DNA of 32,000 bases from Candidatus Calditenuis fumarioli (GTDB taxonomy: Archaea; Thermoproteota; Nitrososphaeria_A; Caldarchaeales; Calditenuaceae), in contig JANVYR010000001.1 of NCBI GenBank assembly GCA_030059665.1, forward strand, positions 544,191 to 576,190, in the 5' to 3' direction. The position numbers were made by a program, and so were the translations under genes. Numbering within the stretch: the stretch's first letter is position 1; the number at the start of each line of letters is the position of its first letter. The notes under the pieces are model-generated. The model was not told the origin of the DNA and made no database searches. It worked only from the letters and a program-made list of their open reading frames with translations. Shown one piece after another: positions 26,848-32,000 of this stretch.

Positions 26848-26868
26848 GGACGTCTTAGGGGTTGGAGC

Positions 26869-27303
26869 ATGAGAGCGGAAGACAGGAGTCGGATGTTCGC
26901 GTTACTGCTGCTGGCGCTGGCGGCGGTCGTTACGGTGGCATCGGCAGCATTGGCGGTGCAGATATCCCTCGGCAGCTCGGACGTCAACCAGCTGGGCGGT
27001 ACCGGCCTCGTAGACGTCACCTGCCCTGCCAACCCCTGCCAGGTGACGAAGGTCAGCTGGGTCCTGACGTCTTCAGCACCATACAAGGTCGATAAGGTGA
27101 GCGTCCAGTGGACGACCGCCAAGTCGTCGGGCGCAAACTACATGGTCTACGTGGTCCTCTACGACAGCTCCAACAACGTCAAATCCAGCGGTTCCGCGAC
27201 CCAGGCAGCCGCATCAGGCGCGGTTACGACCCAGGTCGACGTGGCTCCGGACGTGGACCCCAAGGACGTCTACAGGGTCGAGGTAGTGATAGTTGAGCAG
27301 TAA
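26869..27303 (+). CDS. small secreted beta-rich protein, paralogue A (144 aa; predicted mature about 115 aa)
   Basis: MRAEDRSRMFALLLLALAAVVTVASAALA|VQISLGSSDVN...: basic n-region, hydrophobic core, A-L-A cleavage site. The mature part is Ser/Thr/Val-rich with alternating beta pattern and ends YRVEVVIVEQ. It has two Cys. Start chosen at the ATG downstream of the TATA box. The ORF-track start 26644 would cross the promoter. Confidence 0.6.
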   Translation: MRAEDRSRMFALLLLALAAVVTVASAALAVQISLGSSDVNQLGGTGLVDVTCPANPCQVTKVSWVLTSSAPYKVDKVSVQWTTAKSSGANYMVYVVLYDSSNNVKSSGSATQAAASGAVTTQVDVAPDVDPKDVYRVEVVIVEQ

Positions 27304-27333
27304 GCCGCTGCCACCTATGTTGTCGGTCGCGAC

Positions 27334-27750
27334 TTGAACCGAAGGTATATCGCTGTTTTTTCCATCGCGCTATTCCTCATAACGCTCACAGCCTTCTCCG
27401 TCTCGATATCCATCACGACCGTAGACCCTTTGGCCAGCAGGGCCTACGTCGAGTACGTGCTCGGAAAGGCGTCGGGTACAAATCCTCCTGAGATCAGGAG
27501 CGTATTGCTGAACGGTAATCCAGTCAGCAGCGTTAGCATCTCGTTTTACATGAGAGCATTACTTCAATTCATTAGGGTGACTGTTACGTTGTACGACGAC
27601 AACGGTATTGTCATAGGTTCGGGCAGCGACTGCGGATTTTACATATTTCCAGGTATCCAAAGTATGACTGTTCCGGTCTCTCCAAATCCACTGCCATCAC
27701 AGGTGGCCCGGGTCGAAACCTCGATACAGGTGGTGCTTCTATGCAATTGA
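27334..27750 (+). CDS. small secreted beta-rich protein, paralogue B (138 aa; mature about 116 aa)
   Basis: MNRRYIAVFSIALFLITLTAFS|VSISITTVDP.... Shares with A/C the junction motif, a V-x-V-x-LYD-x-x-N-x-V-x-x-SGS-like block (IRVTVTLYDDNGIVIGSGS) and a C-terminal RVE strand (ARVETSIQVVLLCN). Lower GC than its neighbours (about 40% on line 27541-27600). Overlaps gene C by 10 nt. Confidence 0.55.
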   Translation: MNRRYIAVFSIALFLITLTAFSVSISITTVDPLASRAYVEYVLGKASGTNPPEIRSVLLNGNPVSSVSISFYMRALLQFIRVTVTLYDDNGIVIGSGSDCGFYIFPGIQSMTVPVSPNPLPSQVARVETSIQVVLLCN

Positions 27751-28139
27751 GGGCCGTATCGCTTTCAATGTTGTTGCTTTTGATGGCATCGGTATCGGTT
27801 ACAGCTCTCAGCATTGCGGTCTCGCTCACTTCCTCAAACGTCGACAGACTGGGAGCCGGAGGGTCCAATGTGCCGAAATACAATTTCTGGGTGACGTCCC
27901 TCTCCGTAACGGTCAACAACGATAACGTGAACAACAGGATCAGGGGAGTAACAGCGTACATCGGGATCAACGTTCCCGGAACTTATGTGGTGACCGTGTC
28001 GGTGAACGACAATCCCTCGTGTAGCGCCAGCACGACCGCCAGCCTTCCGGGTACCGTGACCGTAACACTGCCCAACGTCGCCGCGTGTAACTACGTTAGT
28101 GCAGGCGCGCCCGTCAGGATAGAGGTCAGGCCTCCATGA
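27741..28139 (+). CDS. small secreted beta-rich protein, paralogue C (132 aa; mature about 106 aa)
   Basis: MQLRAVSLSMLLLLMASVSVTALSIA|VSLTSSNVDRLGAGG.... The N-terminal mature motif is nearly identical to A (VQISLGSSDVNQLGGTG). C-terminal VRIEVRPP. Two Cys. The stop overlaps the signal-peptidase start (ATGA 28136-28139). Confidence 0.6.
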   Translation: MQLRAVSLSMLLLLMASVSVTALSIAVSLTSSNVDRLGAGGSNVPKYNFWVTSLSVTVNNDNVNNRIRGVTAYIGINVPGTYVVTVSVNDNPSCSASTTASLPGTVTVTLPNVAACNYVSAGAPVRIEVRPP

Positions 28140-28834
28140 CGCGAGCCGTTGCCAGGAATCTGGTCCTGATCCTTGTAATTGCGTCTGCGGTCCTCCTAAC
28201 GGCCCAATCCCTTCCAGGGCTGATGCTCCTCCACGTCGTCAGCGGATCGATGGAGCCCAACGTCCCTATCGGCAGCATGGTGTTGCTGGCGAGAGGGGAC
28301 AAGCCCTCGGTGGGCGACGTGGCAGCGTACCTGCTGGAGGTCCAGGGCAGGCGGTACGTGATACTCCACCGGGTGACCGGGGTGACCGAGGACGGAAGGT
28401 ACGTGTTCTCGGCCGATGCGGGCGATCCTTACGGTACCGACCTGGTGGAGCCCGAGAGGGTGCTCGGCCGGATGCTGATCGCCATACCCTACCTCGGGTA
28501 CGTCGTGCCCTACGCTCCGGTACTGGTGGGCCTTGCTCTGCTCCTCTCCCTCGTGCCCAAGAGGACGAGGCTCCACGTTCATGGTCCGGTCGATCCGGGC
28601 TTCCTGAGGTACCTCCCGGCGGTTCTCGTGCCGCTCACGCTGCTGCTCCCGGTGAAGGGCCTCCCCATGATGCTCGGTCCCGCGTACGCCGTCCTGACGC
28701 TCGCGATCTACGCGATCACGCTCCGCTTCGAGCGAGAGATCAGACACGCGGACCTCGTTTACGCGCTCCTCTCGATCTCGGTACTGGTCTCGATAGACTA
28801 CGCAAGGCTCGCTGCTCTCCTATGGGGACTGTGA
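28136..28834 (+). CDS. signal peptidase I, Sec11/SipW (Ser-His) type, with extra C-terminal membrane domain
   Basis: N-terminal TM, catalytic-serine box VVSGSMEPNVPIGS, His box YVILHRVTGV, GD...D box SADAGDPYGTDLVEPERVLGRM. This is followed by about 4 hydrophobic segments (aa ~113-229) instead of the single C-terminal TM usual for SipW/Sec11. Confidence 0.75.
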   Translation: MTRAVARNLVLILVIASAVLLTAQSLPGLMLLHVVSGSMEPNVPIGSMVLLARGDKPSVGDVAAYLLEVQGRRYVILHRVTGVTEDGRYVFSADAGDPYGTDLVEPERVLGRMLIAIPYLGYVVPYAPVLVGLALLLSLVPKRTRLHVHGPVDPGFLRYLPAVLVPLTLLLPVKGLPMMLGPAYAVLTLAIYAITLRFEREIRHADLVYALLSISVLVSIDYARLAALLWGL

Positions 28835-30280
28835 AACAGCGGGGGAGAGGATCTCACCGCACTCCGGGCAGACGTTGGCGTCGGCGGGGACCTCGTGCCC
28901 CTTGGAGCATAGCCTGATCCTCAACACCTGATCCTCCTCTTGCTTCTCCATGGAGCCTGTTCGAGGCTTCGACCTCCCCTTCCTGCTGGGCCTGTACAGC
29001 AGCAGGAATCCAGATCCTGCGATGACCGCCGCCAGCAGCCCTATGTTCACGAGGTCTGGCTCCGTTACGTAAACCGCCTCGACCCTGATCGGCCTGTCGA
29101 CTACGACCCTGATCGCGCCGTTCCGGTGCTCGAGCGTCCCTATGTTGCCCACGAAGCCCGTCAGCCTCGGCCTGAAGAACGCGTTGCCGGGCGGGTTGGG
29201 GACGGCCATCAGCGTCGCCTCAGATCCCTCGTCGTACCACCCCGTACCACCGGCGCCGTACCTGCCCCTGACCTCGACGTAGTACTGCCTCACGTAGACC
29301 GCCTCCGCCCTGACAGGGCCTTTCACTTCGAGCTCTAACCTCTCCTGTGGCGGCAGCAGGGACGAGTTCCAACCGACGAACCGCAGCCTGACCTCGTTCT
29401 CGCGCAGCACTACCTGGGATTCGACCGAGACCGCGACCTTCTCACCAGCGGTGACCCAGCCGTCGTAGACGACGCCCTTCGGCCCCGTCAGAACAACCCT
29501 GTACTGGCGCTCGTAGACCGGCCTGACCACGTGGGGGCCTCTCACCTCGAGCACGGCCACGTTCGAGACCACCCTGTTGACGATCGCGGGCACCGAGCCG
29601 ACCGATTCCCAGCCGGTCAGCACCAGCCTCTCCCCCTCTGAGAGCTGTATCACCGATGGCGCGCTCAGCAGCACCGTCTGGCCCAGCCTGTACCAGCCCG
29701 ATCCGTTGACCACAGCGTAAGGTGAGACGCCCTGAACGTAGTACTCCCGGACGTAGACCGCCTCGATCCTGAGAGGTCTGGAGACGTAGACGCGGTTCGA
29801 CGAGTTGAACGGGTACTCGCCGAGGCTCCAGCGGACGAACCTCAGCCTGACCCCATCGGACTCGTAGTGAACCGACGGCGCCACAAGCTCCACAACGGTA
29901 CCCTCCTCGACCCAGAAGGACCTCCTGAGGTTCTCCAGCTCCGAGTCGATCACGACCAAGTACTCGGCCTTGTAGACCGCGACGAGGGCCTTGACGTTCC
30001 TGAGCGTCACGCACGGGTCCCTTATGGTCCAGTTCCAGCCGACGAACCTGAGACGTGCGTCCACGTCGACGTACTGTACCGGAGGCGCGCAGACCGTTGT
30101 GCCCTCGGAGGCCCTGAAGGGAACCCTCGCGGGCGCCCCCTCATGGAGGACCGTGACCGGGTAGTTCGAGGTTATTTGGACCTGTCCCTCCTCCGCCGTG
30201 GCCGTGGGGGCCAGCGTAGCCAGAGCCGCGAGCGCTAGGACCGCAAGCGAGATCAGCCAGCACCAGCCGGTCGCTTTCAA
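28820..30280 (-). CDS. surface protein with five tandem ~75-aa beta repeats (divergent InlB-B-repeat-like), C-terminal TM anchor and cytoplasmic zinc-ribbon-like tail
   Basis: Start placed at TTG 30280 (MKATGWCWLISLAVLALAALATLAPTATA|EEGQ, a good signal peptide), 22 nt downstream of the end of a TATA box. The ORF-track start 30595 would read through the tRNA-Pro gene. Each repeat ends (A/P)VY-x-(A/R)-(E/Q)-Y and contains RLRFVGW/RLVLTGW/RLTGFVG. The tail is LVNIGLLAAVIAGSGFLLLY, then a basic stretch, then C-x3-H-x10-CPEC. Confidence 0.7.
   Translation of the reverse strand: MKATGWCWLISLAVLALAALATLAPTATAEEGQVQITSNYPVTVLHEGAPARVPFRASEGTTVCAPPVQYVDVDARLRFVGWNWTIRDPCVTLRNVKALVAVYKAEYLVVIDSELENLRRSFWVEEGTVVELVAPSVHYESDGVRLRFVRWSLGEYPFNSSNRVYVSRPLRIEAVYVREYYVQGVSPYAVVNGSGWYRLGQTVLLSAPSVIQLSEGERLVLTGWESVGSVPAIVNRVVSNVAVLEVRGPHVVRPVYERQYRVVLTGPKGVVYDGWVTAGEKVAVSVESQVVLRENEVRLRFVGWNSSLLPPQERLELEVKGPVRAEAVYVRQYYVEVRGRYGAGGTGWYDEGSEATLMAVPNPPGNAFFRPRLTGFVGNIGTLEHRNGAIRVVVDRPIRVEAVYVTEPDLVNIGLLAAVIAGSGFLLLYRPSRKGRSKPRTGSMEKQEEDQVLRIRLCSKGHEVPADANVCPECGEILSPAVSQSP
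29060..30184 (-). repeat. five tandem coding repeats (75, 73, 80, 73 and 74 codons) inside the surface-protein gene
   Basis: Protein-level periodicity counted by hand (residues 33-407). The repeats are diverged at DNA level and conserved in the pattern Y-x-V...G-x-GWY...L-x-A-x-P...RLRF-x-GW...V-x-A-x-Y. Confidence 0.65.
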
Positions 30281-30306
30281 ACCTAATTCATCGAACCGGG
30301 ATGCCG

Positions 30307-30318
30307 TAAAATAATTTT
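30307..30318 (-). promoter_or_regulatory. TATA box for the repeat surface-protein gene
   Basis: AAAATTATTTTA on the minus strand, centred about 30 nt upstream of TTG 30280. Confidence 0.4.
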
Positions 30319-30424
30319 GTGCAGCATAGTCAGGCAGGCGGTTGGCCGGCATACTACAGGGGTGTTTCCGATCGGTTTCTTGCGGTGACCTCGAACCCCT
30401 CGAACGACCTCTTTCTGGCCTCCG

Positions 30425-30516
30425 TGGGGCCGGTGGGATTTGAACCCACGACCTCCCGGGTTCGCGTCCCTCACGATCCCGAGCCGGGCGTCCACTCCAT
30501 GCTAGACTACGGCCCC
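30425..30516 (-). tRNA. tRNA-Pro (anticodon CGG) with a 17-nt intron after position 37
   Basis: Hand fold of the reverse complement: acceptor GGGGCCG/CGGCCCC, D arm GTCT-AGCATGGAGT-GGAC, anticodon stem CCCGG/CCGGG, loop CU-CGG-G, intron ATCGTGAGGGACGCGAA (about 30461-30477), T arm GTGGG-TTCAAAT-CCCAC, discriminator A. 75 nt mature plus 17 nt intron = 92 nt. Confidence 0.85.
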
Positions 30517-30622
30517 CTCGATCCACCTGCGCTCCCACCATTTGATCTTGACTCCGCTCTATTCGGAGCTCCACCGGCGCTTCTCCTTGCCACAACTCAC
30601 CCTGACCGCTCTGCGGAAAAAC

Positions 30623-30629
30623 CTATAAT
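30623..30629 (+). promoter_or_regulatory. TATA box for the radical SAM gene
   Basis: CTATAAT within AAAAACCTATAATC, centred about 30 nt upstream of ATG 30658. Confidence 0.4.
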
Positions 30630-30657
30630 CGTCCCCTCTCGATCACCTATCACTGGA

Positions 30658-32000
30658 ATGACAAACATAGTTCTGACGTTCGACCCGTCCCTGGGGCACC
30701 TCTTCCACAACTTCCCGCTGCTCTCGTTCCTGCCCTGCGCGCCGGTCAGGTTCGTTCCGCCGCCGATCTACCGATACCTGGCACAGCCGACGGTACCCGC
30801 GGACGAGCACGGGAGGGCCGTGTTGGCCCCCTACGGGATCAGGAAGCTGGAGGCTGCCCTCAAGGGGAGGACGAGGTACACCGTGGAGGTCGCCCACCCG
30901 GATCACCTGGAGAAGCACATCAGGGAGGACACGAAGGTCATCGGGGTGAACACGATGGACCCGCTCGGGATAGGACCATTGACGCTGATGTTCAACAACG
31001 CAGGCCGCGAGAGGTCCTGGGTCACGGAGGAGTTCGTCGGTCTGCTCCGGAGGATTCACGCGCTGAGGAGGGAGAGGTGTCCTAAGGCGAAGGTGATAGT
31101 CGGTGGCGCCGGAGTCTGGGAGTTCCAGATGATCCCCGAGGCGATGGACAAACTCGGGATAGACCACGCCGTTGAGGGGGAGATCGATGACGTCGCTCCT
31201 CTGTTGTTTGAGGGAATAATAGAGGACTCGCTGGACACGAGCGTCTTCATGTTCGGTTACAAGTCGACCACGTTCGACATCAACGGCAGGCCCAGGATAG
31301 CGTACGTCAAGGACCCAAACGGCCGTTTCATAACCAGGAACCCCTTCTCCAGGTTCAAGCTGCCTAAGGTCGACGAGATACCGACGATCGTGAACCCGGC
31401 CATCTCCGGTCAGGCCGAGATCATGAGGGGGTGTGGGCTCGACTGCGACTTCTGCGAGGTGACCACGAGGCCACTGCGGTACTACACGCCGACGAAGGTG
31501 CTGGAGGAGGTGAAGGTGAACCTGAGGGGAGGGGTTACCCACGCGTGGTTCGTGACGGACAACCAGTGGGCGTACATGCTCCGGGACAAGGACTACTGGC
31601 CCAACAAGGAGGCGATCTTCGAGCTCTACCGGACCGTCATGTCCTATCCAGGCGTAACAGGGGCCAACCCGATGCATGCCACGCTCGCACCTGTGGCCGC
31701 GGACCCTGAGCTGGCCTTCGGCGTCGCGAAGATAGTCCGGGCGGGTCCCAACAAGCACATCGGCGTCCAGATAGGGCTCGAGACGGGGAGCGACAAGCTG
31801 ATCAAGATGCACGCCAGCAGGAAGGCTCTGCCGCTGAGGGTCGGTGTGGACGCCACCTGGGCGGAGATCGTGGTCGAGGCGCAGAAGGTCTACAACGCAG
31901 CCTACTGGATACCGGCCTACACGATCATACTGGGGATGGCCGGCGAGACGGACGACGACATTTGGGACACGATTGGGCTGATCAACTACATGGCCTCCCT
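30658..32000 (+). CDS. radical SAM protein with N-terminal B12-binding-like domain (5' 447 codons; continues right of the window)
   Basis: Not in the ORF track because there is no stop inside the window. Manual translation from ATG 30658 is open to 32000: MTNIVLTFDPSLGHLFHNF...KVIGVNTMDPLG...KVIVGGAGVWEF...AEIMRGCGLDCDFCEVTT (CxxxCxxC at 31432-31455)...IGVQIGLETGSDKLIKMH...YTIILGMAGETDDD. The 389-aa minus-strand ORF here is its antisense shadow. Confidence 0.8.
   Translation, partial: MTNIVLTFDPSLGHLFHNFPLLSFLPCAPVRFVPPPIYRYLAQPTVPADEHGRAVLAPYGIRKLEAALKGRTRYTVEVAHPDHLEKHIREDTKVIGVNTMDPLGIGPLTLMFNNAGRERSWVTEEFVGLLRRIHALRRERCPKAKVIVGGAGVWEFQMIPEAMDKLGIDHAVEGEIDDVAPLLFEGIIEDSLDTSVFMFGYKSTTFDINGRPRIAYVKDPNGRFITRNPFSRFKLPKVDEIPTIVNPAISGQAEIMRGCGLDCDFCEVTTRPLRYYTPTKVLEEVKVNLRGGVTHAWFVTDNQWAYMLRDKDYWPNKEAIFELYRTVMSYPGVTGANPMHATLAPVAADPELAFGVAKIVRAGPNKHIGVQIGLETGSDKLIKMHASRKALPLRVGVDATWAEIVVEAQKVYNAAYWIPAYTIILGMAGETDDDIWDTIGLINYMAS

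Noticed and set aside
26644-26868. N-terminal 75-codon extension of secreted protein A
   Set aside because: It crosses the A/T-rich intergenic region and the TATA box at 26839-26847. ATG 26869 yields a canonical signal peptide.
30281-30595. N-terminal 105-codon extension of the 591-aa ORF 28820..30595
   Set aside because: It would read straight through the tRNA-Pro gene and an A/T-rich TATA-containing spacer. TTG 30280 gives a proper signal peptide.
30643-31812. 389-aa minus-strand ORF
   Set aside because: It is Arg/Pro/Val/His-rich with no motifs. It is exactly antisense to an open plus-strand frame that encodes a radical SAM protein with a CxxxCxxC motif.
1-32000. CRISPR arrays, cas genes, transposases, integrases, toxin-antitoxin or known defence modules
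   Set aside because: I scanned for regularly spaced direct repeats and for characteristic protein motifs in all listed ORFs. None was found.

Overview
The window is a dense, high-GC archaeal chromosomal segment. Hand counts on a few 60-nt lines give about 65% GC. Archaeal hallmarks are transcription factor S, an archaeal-type ribosomal protein S15, an intron-containing tRNA-Pro, and A/T-rich TATA boxes centred about 25-27 nt upstream of start codons (mostly leaderless mRNAs). The lineage looks Thermoproteota/TACK-like, but this was not verified.

Most of the window is housekeeping:
- a guaB-purA-purB operon on the minus strand (purB runs off the left edge and is absent from the ORF track)
- a DoxX / HxlR / ABC-2 exporter unit
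- an ArgD/LysJ-type aminotransferase
- an MglA/SRbeta-like small GTPase
- an NFACT (RqcH/Rqc2-like) protein
- an orphan NuoD-like gene
- rps15
- tRNA-Ala(GGC)
- a DapA-family aldolase
- DUF1059
- TFS
- a Gfo/Idh/MocA oxidoreductase
- an MBL hydrolase
- a family-5 uracil-DNA glycosylase
- an AbrB-PhoU regulator
- IlvE
- an orphan NuoN/MrpD-like membrane subunit
- tRNA-Pro(CGG) with an intron
- a B12-domain-like radical SAM gene that runs off the right edge (also absent from the ORF track)

Three things stand out:
1. At 26.8-30.3 kb there is a compact cassette of three paralogous small secreted beta-rich proteins. They share a conserved predicted signal-peptidase-I junction and are translationally coupled to a dedicated Sec11/SipW-type signal peptidase that has an unusual polytopic C-terminal extension. 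Next to it, convergent, is a five-repeat surface protein with a TM anchor and a cytoplasmic zinc ribbon. I propose this as a candidate undescribed archaeal surface-fibre system, possibly a donor-strand-type pilus.
2. A sharply delimited low-GC insert of about 2.5 kb (6983-9529) carries a second, foreign-looking ABC-2 exporter.
3. The conserved P-loop of purA lies upstream of any canonical start codon, directly abutting the guaB stop.

No CRISPR array, transposase or integrase was seen. All calls come from reading the sequence and from motif recall. No database search was possible.
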